A stretch of DNA of 63,665 nucleotides, the filler included, from Alphaproteobacteria bacterium (lineage in GTDB: Bacteria > Pseudomonadota > Alphaproteobacteria > Caedimonadales > UBA9215): NCBI GenBank assembly GCA_024280495.1. It is 4 parts of 4 records of this genome, joined end to end, with 100 filler letters (N's around TTAATTAATTAA, not from the genome) between each part and the next. Parts side by side here need not be neighbours in the genome. Positions count along the whole stretch, not along the records: positions 14,782 to 29,721 come from JAJRPZ010000095.1; positions 29,822 to 40,935 come from JAJRPZ010000096.1; 2 more parts are not named here. One strand, given 5' to 3'. Both the position numbers and the translations under genes were made by a program. The notes below the pieces were generated by a model. The model did not search any database. It had not been told where the DNA came from and saw only the letters and a list, made by a program, of their open reading frames with translations. Numbering within the stretch: position 1 is the first letter of the stretch; the number at the start of each line of letters is the position of its first letter. Shown piece after piece: positions 20,363 through 29,910 of this stretch.

Positions 20363-22183
20363 TTATGCTTCTTCTTTGCGACTTGCACGTTTTCTCATGT
20401 TGGGGTCTAAATGACGTTTGCGCAACCTGATAGATGTTGGGGTGACCTCCACCAATTCATCGTCTTCGATATAGGTCAATGCTTGCTCCAAAGTCATGCG
20501 ACGGGGGGGGGAGAGACGAATAGCATCATCTTTACCAGACGCACGAACGTTTGTTAATTGCTTACCCTTCAAAGGGTTAACTACCAAGTCATTGCTTTTA
20601 TTGTGTTCGCCAATGACCATCCCTTCATAAACATCATCACCTGGATCTACAAAGAAAATCCCACGGTCATCAAGATTAAAAAGTGCGTAGGCAACGGCTT
20701 GTCCCATGCCCGTTGAAATCAAGACACCGCTGCGATGTTTTTCAATGGCGCCCTTAAAGGGAAGATAAGAGTGAAATAAACGCGTCATAACACCCGTACC
20801 GCGTGTTTCAGTCATAAATTGGCTTTGATACCCAATCAAACCACGGGAAGGTGCTAGGAATTTAATACGTGTTTTACCACCAACGGCTGGGGCCATATCA
20901 GTCATTTCTCCACGACGTAAACCAAGGCCTTCCATGACGGCACCAGAAAATTCTTCATCAACGTCAATCACGACTTCCTCAATGGGTTCAAGGCGATTTC
21001 CTTGATCATCTTGGCGATAAACAACCCGTGGTCGGCTAACGGAAAGTTCGAAACCTTCGCGACGCATATTTTCAATAAGAACACCCAGTTGCAATTCACC
21101 ACGACCAGCCACATCAAAGGCATCAGCATCTTCAGTTACTGTTACTTGAATGGAAACATTACTTTCGGCTTCTTTGAAAAGGCGATCACGGATTAAGCGA
21201 CTGGTGACTTTTTTACCATCGCGCCCCCCTAGAGGAGAGTCATTAATGGAAAAGGTCATGGACAAGGTTGGCGGATCGATTGGTTGTGCTTGAATTGCTT
21301 TTTTGATGGATGGATCACAAACGGTATTTGCAACGGTGGCATCAACAAGACCAGCAATAGCAACAATATCACCAGCTTCAACTTCTTCAACGGATTCGCG
21401 TTTCAAACCACGAAATGCTTGTAATTTAGCCAAACGACCTGTTTCAAGAACATTTCCCTCTAGGTCTAAAACATGAACGGGCATATTCAATTTCGCAACA
21501 CCACTTAAAACACGGCCTGTGAGCATACGCCCTAAATAAGGGTCCACATCCAACATGGTTACCAGCATAGAAAAGGGCGCTTCTTTATCACAATTGGGCT
21601 GGGGAGCATTTTTGATAATAGACTTAAAAAGAGGCGTCAAATCTTTACGTTCTTCTGAAAGATCATCTACGGCCCAACCTTCCTTAGCAGAGGCATAAAT
21701 TACTGGAAAATCAAGCTGTTCATCGTTGGCTTCAAGACTCACAAATAAGTCGAAAACTTCATTTAAAACCCAATCTGCACGGGCATCAGGTTTGTCAGCT
21801 TTGTTTATAACCACAAGGGGTTTCAACCCCAAATTCAAAGCTTTAGACAAAACAAATTTAGTTTGAGGCATTGGACCTTCGGCAGCATCAACCAACAATA
21901 CGACGGTATCAACCATGGTGAGAATGCGTTCAACTTCACCACCAAAGTCTGCGTGTCCAGGCGTGTCAACGATGTTAATACGTTGGTCATTCCACACAAT
22001 AGATGTACATTTTGCTAGAATAGTGATGCCACGTTCTTTTTCAAGATCATTGGAATCCATAGCGCGTGTTTGTACGGCTTGGTTATCGCGGAACATGCCG
22101 CTTTGTTGAAACAGTCCGTCCACAAGGGTTGTTTTTCCATGGTCAACGTGGGCAATAATGGCAATATTTCTAAGTGATATCAT
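20363..22183 (-). CDS. typA: Translational GTPase TypA/BipA
   Basis: [57 protein letters not shown]. Confidence 0.98.
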   Translation of the reverse strand: MISLRNIAIIAHVDHGKTTLVDGLFQQSGMFRDNQAVQTRAMDSNDLEKERGITILAKCTSIVWNDQRINIVDTPGHADFGGEVERILTMVDTVVLLVDAAEGPMPQTKFVLSKALNLGLKPLVVINKADKPDARADWVLNEVFDLFVSLEANDEQLDFPVIYASAKEGWAVDDLSEERKDLTPLFKSIIKNAPQPNCDKEAPFSMLVTMLDVDPYLGRMLTGRVLSGVAKLNMPVHVLDLEGNVLETGRLAKLQAFRGLKRESVEEVEAGDIVAIAGLVDATVANTVCDPSIKKAIQAQPIDPPTLSMTFSINDSPLGGRDGKKVTSRLIRDRLFKEAESNVSIQVTVTEDADAFDVAGRGELQLGVLIENMRREGFELSVSRPRVVYRQDDQGNRLEPIEEVVIDVDEEFSGAVMEGLGLRRGEMTDMAPAVGGKTRIKFLAPSRGLIGYQSQFMTETRGTGVMTRLFHSYLPFKGAIEKHRSGVLISTGMGQAVAYALFNLDDRGIFFVDPGDDVYEGMVIGEHNKSNDLVVNPLKGKQLTNVRASGKDDAIRLSPPRRMTLEQALTYIEDDELVEVTPTSIRLRKRHLDPNMRKRASRKEEA

Positions 22184-22431
22184 AGGTCGGTGTTCTTTTC
22201 AGGTCAAAATAGTATTGATTAATCCTGCACACTATATGTAAAAAAACGCTTAATAGCAAGGAAACAAGCTCAACACAAAAATAGAAGTCTGGAATTGTGC
22301 TAAAAGATAGAACCTGAATCAAAACTGATCCAGCAGTGGATCCATAAAGTATTTTATTAACTCACTTTAAATTTGTAATATCCTGAGAATAATTTACAAT
22401 TTAAGAAGAATAACTCCAAAAAAGAAAAAGT

Positions 22432-24105
22432 ATGCAGGCCTTTTTTACTCTTGTTTCCCCTTATTTATATGAAGGTACCTTTAAAAGTAGGCTGATTATG
22501 TTTTGCTTATTAAGTCTCTCTATTTTGGGATTAGGGCAATTTATCTATGCCATGGGCGGGACTCATATGCCTTACGTGCATATGATGTATATCCCCCTTA
22601 TTGTTTCAGGTTTTTGGCTTGGTATTTCAGCGGGGCTTTTTTTTGCCAGTGCCGCAGGGTTTATTTTAGGACCTTATATGCCCTTGGATGTTATTCAAAA
22701 TAGTGAGCAATCCACTCAAGGATGGTTAATTCGTCTCTTTTTCTTTGCTTTGGTTGCTCTTTTAACGGGTATGGCCTCTCAAGTCACACGCGCTTACCTT
22801 AATGAGTTAAAACGCCGTTACCTTATCGATTTTAACGCAAAATGCCGTAATTATAAAGGTCTTGAGGCGCGTTATGAGCAAAAAGACTTTCCTGGCCATT
22901 TGAGGGGAATTGTCGCCTTAAAATTACGTCAGGCAACGGATGTTGAAAAAATGTTGGGCATTGATATTTTAAATTCTGTCATGGGTGAAACGAAAAAACG
23001 CCTCAAGAATATGGTGGGAGAAGGGGTTATTATCGGACGGGTTTCCAGTGATACTTTTGCTCTTTGTATTGAAGATGATCGTTCTATCAGAGCCTTTTCA
23101 AATCAATTAGTCCTCCACCTTGATAAAACTTTTCAGTTTCAAAAAATTCCTTTCTTTATTGAAATGTATATTGGGTATGTTGTAAACACGGCAACGACTG
23201 AGAAAGATTCTGATATACCTTTCAAGGGAATGTTAAAAAGTGCGCTGATCGCAGCTGATGCTGGCCTTGAAACGCGGGTTGATGTGACTGAATATGATGA
23301 AAGTTCACATCATATTTCTGAAAGAAATATATATATATTACATGAACTTAGGCAGGCACTAACTGAAGATAAACTTAACCTTAATTATCAACCTATTATT
23401 TCCCTAAAGACGGGAGAAGTTTCTGGGGTCGAAGCCTTGGCACGCTGGAGCCATCCAACTCTTGGAATGATTCCCCCACTTGAATTTACTCAGGTTGCAG
23501 AGCAAACTCAGCTGATTAACCCTTATACAAAATGGCTGATGGAAAAATCCATGGGACAACTAGCCTTATGGCGCAAAAGCGGTATTGAAGTCGATTTATC
23601 TCTTAATTTCTCCATGAAAAATTTCGAAGATCCTTCCGTTGTTCAAGAAATATTTGACTTTTTGGATAAATTTAATATACCACCTGAACACCTACAGGTT
23701 GAGGTGACAGAGACTGCTATTTCTAGGAATATTAAAAAAGCTTCTGATATTTTGTATTCCATTCGCGAGCGAGGCATCAAAATTGCCATCGATGACTTTG
23801 GGACGGGGCAATCATCCCTTTGCTACCTTTTCGAACTGCCCGTAGATGTCTTGAAAATTGATCAATCTTTTATAAAATGCATGCTAGAAAATTCAGCCGC
23901 CGATGCCATTATTAGAGCCTCTATTACCATGGGGCATGAGATGAACCTAAAAGTTGTGGCTGAAGGTATTGAAACACAGGAACAGTTGGATCATCTTAAA
24001 AAATTAGGCTGCGATTTTGGCCAGGGATATTTTATTTCAAGGCCTATGCCCCTGGAATTAGCAACGTCGTGGCTAGAAACAAAACGAGCAAGAAAATCAA
24101 TTTAA
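22432..24105 (+). CDS. Membrane-anchored EAL-domain c-di-GMP phosphodiesterase with degenerate GGDEF domain
   Basis: N-terminal TMs; GGDEF position reads SSDTF; EALARW, EVTE, DDFGTG, KID, EGIE present. Confidence 0.9.
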   Translation: MQAFFTLVSPYLYEGTFKSRLIMFCLLSLSILGLGQFIYAMGGTHMPYVHMMYIPLIVSGFWLGISAGLFFASAAGFILGPYMPLDVIQNSEQSTQGWLIRLFFFALVALLTGMASQVTRAYLNELKRRYLIDFNAKCRNYKGLEARYEQKDFPGHLRGIVALKLRQATDVEKMLGIDILNSVMGETKKRLKNMVGEGVIIGRVSSDTFALCIEDDRSIRAFSNQLVLHLDKTFQFQKIPFFIEMYIGYVVNTATTEKDSDIPFKGMLKSALIAADAGLETRVDVTEYDESSHHISERNIYILHELRQALTEDKLNLNYQPIISLKTGEVSGVEALARWSHPTLGMIPPLEFTQVAEQTQLINPYTKWLMEKSMGQLALWRKSGIEVDLSLNFSMKNFEDPSVVQEIFDFLDKFNIPPEHLQVEVTETAISRNIKKASDILYSIRERGIKIAIDDFGTGQSSLCYLFELPVDVLKIDQSFIKCMLENSAADAIIRASITMGHEMNLKVVAEGIETQEQLDHLKKLGCDFGQGYFISRPMPLELATSWLETKRARKSI

Positions 24106-24267
24106 GGTCATTTTCATAGTAATAATCATATTATGATGAGTCAAAAAAAATACACAAAAGAAATATTTATATCCCTGAACTTACAAAATAATTTACTATT
24201 GCATTCTTGAGGAACCTCAGTAACATATAAGTGTGTAATTACGTATAATTAATAAGGAATACCTGAA

Positions 24268-25095
24268 ATGATGAAAATAAGAAATAAAGTTATAGTGGCT
24301 GTGTCCATTGCTGCGCTTAGCCTTTTTCCAGCGTCTGCTGCGGATCAAGTATTGGCAAAAGTAAATGGAGAAGCGATTACGTCTAAAGACTTAGCGCAAC
24401 TTGAAAAAGCATTACCACCAGAAGTTCTAAAACGTGCAAAAGCTGCTGGCGGCGAAAAAGGCACTTTAATTAATCAATTGGTTGACCTTAAAGTATTGAC
24501 TAATGCAGCTAAAAAATCAGCTATCTCAAAAAAAGATGAAGTTAAAAAAGCTATAGAGCGCGCGGCTGAGCAAGTGATAGTTCAAGCTTTTGTCTTCGAG
24601 CAATTGAAATCTAAAGTGAATGATAAAGCTGCGGAAAAAGCTTATGCAGAATTTTCAAAACGCTTTAAGACTGAAACTAAAAATAAGTCTGAAACGAAAT
24701 TCCGTCACATCTTAGTAAAAACAGAGGCCGAAGCTAAAGCCGCCATTAAAAAACTAGATGGGGGAGCAGATTTTATTAAATTGGCACGTGATCTTTCCAT
24801 TGACAAACAATCTGGTCAAGATGGTGGTGATCTTGGTTATATCCTTGAGGGAACAGTAAAGGAGTTTGATGAAGCATTAAAAGCTATTTCCGTTGGCAAA
24901 ACATCAAAAAAACCAACAAAAACACAATTTGGTTTTCATGTTTTCAAAGTTGATGATCGCCGTAAACCTCGTGCTCCTGCTTTCAAGGATGTGAAACAAC
25001 AATTAACGGCTCAAGTTCAACAAAAAGCATTTGTCGAGATGGTTAAGCGTTTGCGTGATAAAGCAAATGTAGAAATTATTGACAAAAAAAACTAG
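24268..25095 (+). CDS. Parvulin-type peptidyl-prolyl isomerase (PrsA/PpiC-like), exported
   Basis: Signal peptide, LAKVNGE.IT, RHILV, GGDLG, TQFGFHV. Confidence 0.92.
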   Translation: MMKIRNKVIVAVSIAALSLFPASAADQVLAKVNGEAITSKDLAQLEKALPPEVLKRAKAAGGEKGTLINQLVDLKVLTNAAKKSAISKKDEVKKAIERAAEQVIVQAFVFEQLKSKVNDKAAEKAYAEFSKRFKTETKNKSETKFRHILVKTEAEAKAAIKKLDGGADFIKLARDLSIDKQSGQDGGDLGYILEGTVKEFDEALKAISVGKTSKKPTKTQFGFHVFKVDDRRKPRAPAFKDVKQQLTAQVQQKAFVEMVKRLRDKANVEIIDKKN

Positions 25096-25113
25096 TTGAA
25101 ATTTTCTTAAAGT

Positions 25114-25144
25114 AGCCCTTTGCAAAATGCTTAGGGTTCTTTTA
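25114..25144 (+). terminator. Probable intrinsic terminator
   Basis: AGCCCT...AGGGTT followed by CTTTTT. Confidence 0.45.
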
Positions 25145-25191
25145 CGTTCTAAATTAATTATATTTCATAAAAAATTTCAAAGGAGAAAATA

Positions 25192-25575
25192 ATGAATCTA
25201 AAAAAAATACTTGGCGTAAGTGCCCTTGCAATGATGTTCATTGTAACGGGTTGTGATGATGCAAAAAAAATAGATGCAGATAACACTTCGGATCAGTCAG
25301 TGAAAAACTCTGCCACTGCTACTACTGAAGTGGCAAAGGCTAACGTTGAAGCTGTTGATCACATCCCAGCAGTAGACGTAAAGTCAGACGCCACGGCGGA
25401 AACAGAAACTGATGTGGCTGAAACAGTTGTTGACGTTGCTGAAACAACAATGGATAAAGTTGAGGAAATAGTTTCTGATGCTACTGAAAAAGTACTTGAC
25501 ATGACTAAGAGTGATACGGATAACGTGATTGAACCTGGCGAAGCTACGGTAGAAACACCATCTGAAGAAAAATAA
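25192..25575 (+). CDS. Acidic low-complexity lipoprotein, unknown function
   Basis: AGGAG RBS; lipobox VTGC; D/E/T/V-rich body. Confidence 0.75.
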   Translation: MNLKKILGVSALAMMFIVTGCDDAKKIDADNTSDQSVKNSATATTEVAKANVEAVDHIPAVDVKSDATAETETDVAETVVDVAETTMDKVEEIVSDATEKVLDMTKSDTDNVIEPGEATVETPSEEK

Positions 25576-25601
25576 TAATAACTGCGGAAACTTCCAGATT
25601 T

Positions 25602-25638
25602 AGCCCTTTTTCCAGCATGGCTGGTGAAGGGCTTTTTT
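25602..25638 (+). terminator. Intrinsic terminator
   Basis: AGCCCTTTTTCCAGC-ATG-GCTGGTGAAGGGCT followed by T-run. Confidence 0.7.
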
Positions 25639-25852
25639 ATATATAAGCGTCTCTCATTTTGAAGTTTTTTTCTTAATATATAATTAAGGGTTCTATGGCA
25701 GCATTATTATTGCTTTGTCTATAAAGCCTGTTTTTTTAAATGGGTGTTCTTTGAAGCAAGATAAAAACAACTAGTGCTCTTGTGAAAAAGATGTATAATT
25801 TTCATAAGCTCTTTTAAAAAAGACTTAAAAAAACAGTAATGGGAGAATAAAA

Positions 25853-26686
25853 ATGACTCAAAACAAATGGACCTTTAAAGTTGCTGCTTTAACAGCAGTC
25901 GTATTTGCAGTTGGTTGCGCATCACAAAAAATTTCTGAATTAGAAAAAGCACCTCGGACTCAACATGAGTTCAATAATGCTTTGGCCAATGAATATGAAT
26001 CCTTGGCGAAAAAAGAAGAAAATATTTATAATGACAGTATTGATGCACGTCACTTTGCAGTTAAAGGCCTTCAAGCAGCCGCAGGCATGATGGTTCTTCC
26101 TGAAGATCCTGCTCGTTGGACTGTAGATAAAAAAGCCCTCCCAATGTTGATGGCAGCACGTGAGCGTATGTTATTTGCCTTGGCCCGCGGTGGTCGTTTT
26201 ATTGAGCCAGAATTAGGGGCTAAAACACAAGTTGCCTATGATTGTCTTGTTGAAGAACTTGAAGAAGGCATCAAACATGGTAAGCACCAAGCTAAAGAAA
26301 TCGATGTTTGCCGCAAATTGCTTGATAAACGCTTGATGGATCTTGAAACTGCCGTGTTTAAAAATGGTCCAATTCGTCGTATACACTTTGATTACAACTC
26401 TTCAAATATCGCACGCGATGGTATGATGACCATTGCTGGAGTTGCTTCACGCGTAAATACCTATAAAGATCAACGTATTATGATCGTTGGACACACAGAT
26501 CCAATTGGTAAAATGAGCCGTAACTTGTTGCTGTCTCAAAATCGCGCAGAAGCTGTAAAAAAAGCATTGCTTGCTAACGGAGTAAATGCAAAAGCGATTA
26601 AAACAACAGTAGGTCGCGGAGAGCTTAAAGTGAGTAACCGTGAATTTGAACCCAATAACCGTGTTGTTGATATCTACTTTTACTAA
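25853..26686 (+). CDS. OmpA-family lipoprotein
   Basis: Lipobox AVGC; C-terminal FDYNSS, GHTD..G....N..LSQ.RA.AV, NRVVDI. Confidence 0.9.
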   Translation: MTQNKWTFKVAALTAVVFAVGCASQKISELEKAPRTQHEFNNALANEYESLAKKEENIYNDSIDARHFAVKGLQAAAGMMVLPEDPARWTVDKKALPMLMAARERMLFALARGGRFIEPELGAKTQVAYDCLVEELEEGIKHGKHQAKEIDVCRKLLDKRLMDLETAVFKNGPIRRIHFDYNSSNIARDGMMTIAGVASRVNTYKDQRIMIVGHTDPIGKMSRNLLLSQNRAEAVKKALLANGVNAKAIKTTVGRGELKVSNREFEPNNRVVDIYFY

Positions 26687-26706
26687 ACATATTAAAAAAA
26701 TTATAA

Positions 26707-26737
26707 ATAAAGGGCTAGATTTTTCTGGCCCTTTTGT
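26707..26737. terminator. Bidirectional terminator between convergent ompA-like gene and recJ
   Basis: AAAGGGCTAGA-TTTT-TCTGGCCCTTTT. Confidence 0.7.
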
Positions 26738-26791
26738 CTTTGGCGGCAGATTCGGCGGGAATGAGATTGAAGTAAATTTTTGGACCTGCCC

Positions 26792-28615
26792 TCACGATTC
26801 CACTGCATCATCTAGCATAAATTGAATACGGCGACTTCCATTCCATTCATCTATTTTGAGGGTTCCCACAACGGAAATCCATTTACCTCGGCCGTTGAGC
26901 AATAAATCTCCCAGGGGCGTTCCAACGGACCGAAAGGATATACCTTTCAATTGCCCCGTTTTTTCGAAATCCGTCATGATCAAACGAACATGGTTTTCTC
27001 CCACAATATCTGCTTTGATAATGGAAAGGCTTTCAAAGAGAAATTTGGGTGTTGGATTTCCTTGACCATAAGGTGCAAGGGCTTCTATTTTCTCGAGGAG
27101 ACTTAATGTCGCGCCACCAGGGCTAATCCGCGCATCAATTTTAAGGGCAGGTGTGAGGTCTATTTTTTTCGTTTGTATAATATGCGAAATGCGCTCATTG
27201 CAAAATTCGCGAAAACTCTCCAAGTGAGTCTGTTGAATGGTAAGTCCACCTGCCATGGCATGTCCCCCTCCATTTTCAAGAATTCCTTTCTGCCTGGCGG
27301 ACTGAATGAGGCTTCCGATATCAAGGCCAGAAATAGATCTAGCTGATCCCTTTCCAATTCCATTTTCATCCATGGTGATGACAAAAGTGGGTTTGTGATA
27401 TTGATCTTTGAGACGTCCTGCAACAATACCAATAACCCCTGCATGCCAATTTTGTCCTGAAATAATAAGAGCTTGCTGAGTATCGAAATTAGGTAAACTC
27501 TCTACTTTCTTTTGCGCTTCTGCTAAGACGTCGGCTTCAATTATTTTACGTTCATCATTATAGGCGCTTAATTCTTCGGCCAGGCGTTTGCAGTAATAGG
27601 AATCTTCTGATGAGAGAAGATCTGCCCCAATGCTCGATTTTCCAACACGCCCACCCGCATTAATACGAGGGCCTATTTGAAACCCCAAATGATAGGCCGT
27701 TGGGATTTGATCAATGCCAGATGCATCGGCCAAAGCAACAAGGCCTTTATTTTGACGATTGGCAAAAACCTTAAGGCCCTGTTTGACAAAAGTTCGATTA
27801 ATGCCCTTAAGAGCGACCACGTCACATACGGTCCCAGTGGCCACAAGATCCAAAAGGGAGAGAAGGTTGGGTTCCCTGACTTCTTTATTAAAATATCCAT
27901 TTTCTCTTAAGTTTTTTTGGAGAGCAATAAGGGTCATAAAAACAACACCAGCAGCTGAACAATCTTGGCAAGGGCTATTTCCTTGATCTAAACGATTAGG
28001 ATTAACAAGAGCAATACATTTTGGTAATTGAGGTTCTGCAATGTGATGATCAATAACGATTATATCTAGGCTAATGTTTTTGGCATATTTTAGGGCTTCA
28101 AATGAAGTTGTGCCACAATCAACGGTGATGACAAGGGAATGACCTTGGTCTTTGAGTTTGGTTAGAGCTTGAATATTGGGGCCGTATCCTTCCCTTATAC
28201 GATCGGGAATATAAATGGTGAGGTCCTTATTGAGAAACCTAAAATACCGTTTTAAAAGTGCTGATGATGTTGCTCCATCCACATCATAATCACCAAAAAC
28301 AGCAACTTTTTCTTTTGGGTTTTTAAGGGCTTTGGAAAGTCGATCAACGGCTTTATCCATATCTTTTAAATGAAAAGGATCGGGAAGATCTTTTTTAAGA
28401 GTTGGGCTTAAAAAAGCATCAAAAGTTCTTTCATTGAGCCCCCGATTCAGCAATAGACGGCCCACTACTTCAGGCAGTTGGAATTTTTGTTGAAGGTGTA
28501 AAAGATCACGCTCGTTTACCTCTCGTAGAAACCACTTTTGTCCTTTAGCAGAAAGCAGTCCTTCTTTAAAAAGAAGAGACGTTTTCGTATTCTTTTGTGC
28601 TGTTGTCGGTATCAT
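26792..28615 (-). CDS. recJ: ssDNA exonuclease RecJ
   Basis: GDYDVDG, EGYG, TVDCG, DHH, GPRINAGGR, GGGHAMAGG. Confidence 0.97.
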   Translation of the reverse strand: MIPTTAQKNTKTSLLFKEGLLSAKGQKWFLREVNERDLLHLQQKFQLPEVVGRLLLNRGLNERTFDAFLSPTLKKDLPDPFHLKDMDKAVDRLSKALKNPKEKVAVFGDYDVDGATSSALLKRYFRFLNKDLTIYIPDRIREGYGPNIQALTKLKDQGHSLVITVDCGTTSFEALKYAKNISLDIIVIDHHIAEPQLPKCIALVNPNRLDQGNSPCQDCSAAGVVFMTLIALQKNLRENGYFNKEVREPNLLSLLDLVATGTVCDVVALKGINRTFVKQGLKVFANRQNKGLVALADASGIDQIPTAYHLGFQIGPRINAGGRVGKSSIGADLLSSEDSYYCKRLAEELSAYNDERKIIEADVLAEAQKKVESLPNFDTQQALIISGQNWHAGVIGIVAGRLKDQYHKPTFVITMDENGIGKGSARSISGLDIGSLIQSARQKGILENGGGHAMAGGLTIQQTHLESFREFCNERISHIIQTKKIDLTPALKIDARISPGGATLSLLEKIEALAPYGQGNPTPKFLFESLSIIKADIVGENHVRLIMTDFEKTGQLKGISFRSVGTPLGDLLLNGRGKWISVVGTLKIDEWNGSRRIQFMLDDAVES

Positions 28616-28692
28616 AAATAAAACTTTCTTTAATAGATAGTCGATATTATCTTGTTTAAAAGGGTATTAAAGCCTTTTTTATTCAGGCCCCT

Positions 28693-29721
28693 TCACATGT
28701 GAAGTGCGTCATTTAAGGACTTTTTTTCCGTGAATCCTTCTTCAAATTCAGGGGCCTGTAAGCGCCGTGTTACATGATCGATTTCAACGGGCTCACGCAT
28801 ATCAACCTGTACAGAAGCCGTCTCTAGATCCTTGAATTTTCGAGCGGCTGGCAAAATTCGACGCTCCATGGTACCAACGGTTTTATTATAACTTCCAACG
28901 GCAGAATTTAAGTCAGTTCCCAGCTTTGTAAAGTGCTTGGCCATATCAGCCATACGCTTATAAAGCTCTTTTCCTGCTTCACTGATTTCACGGGCATTTT
29001 GTGATAAGGATTCTTGTTTCCAACCATATGCCACCGCATGAAGAAGGGCAATCAACGTTGCGGGGGTTGCCAAGATAACTTTATTTTCGACGCCCAATTC
29101 AATGAGTGAAGGATCTTTTTCAAGGGCCGCCGAAAAAAAGGCCTCTCCAGGTAAAAAGAGAACTGTAAATTCCGGTGTATCTGCCTCTTTGACGCTATCC
29201 CAATACTCTCGTTTTGAGAGAGCCATAATATGTTTTTTCACGTGACGCGCATGGGTTTGTAGATGGATTTCTTTTGATGTCTCGTCCACGGCCTCAATGG
29301 CATCAAGATACCCTGCCAAAGGAGCCTTTGCATCAATGATTAACTGCTTGCCACCCGGTAAATTCACCACCATATCTGGCCGTAATTTTCCGTCATCGTT
29401 TTCATAGGAATGCTGTTCAAGAAAGTCACAATGCGCACTCATACCACTCATCTCAACGACACGTTTTAGTTGGATTTCTCCCCAGCGCCCCCGCACATGA
29501 GGTGCACGTAATGCTTTCACAAGATTTGCAGTTTCAAGGCGCAATTCCTTTTGAGAACTCAATAAGTCACCAACTTGATGACGCAAAACTTCATAGGCGG
29601 ATTCACGTGTTTTTTCAAGAAGTTGTAATTTTTGATCAACTTGCCCCAAGCTTTCTTTGATGGGGTTTATCATATTATTAATAGCTTGCTCGCGCCCCTT
29701 AAGCTCCCCTTTGGATTTTTC
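28693..29721 (-). CDS. rmuC: DNA recombination protein RmuC, N-terminus lost in gap
   Basis: RGRWGE.QL, LRPDMVV.LPG, IDAKAP, ATPATL.ALL; frame stays open up to the gap. Confidence 0.93.
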   Translation of the reverse strand, partial: EKSKGELKGREQAINNMINPIKESLGQVDQKLQLLEKTRESAYEVLRHQVGDLLSSQKELRLETANLVKALRAPHVRGRWGEIQLKRVVEMSGMSAHCDFLEQHSYENDDGKLRPDMVVNLPGGKQLIIDAKAPLAGYLDAIEAVDETSKEIHLQTHARHVKKHIMALSKREYWDSVKEADTPEFTVLFLPGEAFFSAALEKDPSLIELGVENKVILATPATLIALLHAVAYGWKQESLSQNAREISEAGKELYKRMADMAKHFTKLGTDLNSAVGSYNKTVGTMERRILPAARKFKDLETASVQVDMREPVEIDHVTRRLQAPEFEEGFTEKKSLNDALHM

Positions 29722-29821
29722 NNNNNNNNNNNNNNNNNNNNNNNNNNNNNNNNNNNNNNNNNNNNTTAATTAATTAANNNNNNNNNNNNNNNNNNNNNNN
29801 NNNNNNNNNNNNNNNNNNNNN
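29722..29821. other. Artificial scaffold/contig spacer 2
   Basis: 44 N + TTAATTAATTAA + 44 N. Confidence 0.97.
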
Positions 29822-29910
29822 CTCGCCACGGGCTGTTCCTTATCACTCTAAAACTTAAAAATAAATTCAATACCTATAAAAAAAGATACTACCAAAAAAA
29901 GACAGATATT

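Noticed and set aside
20503..20511. G9 run in typA as a phase-variation tract
   Set aside because: In frame and encodes the conserved Ser-Pro-Pro of a housekeeping gene.
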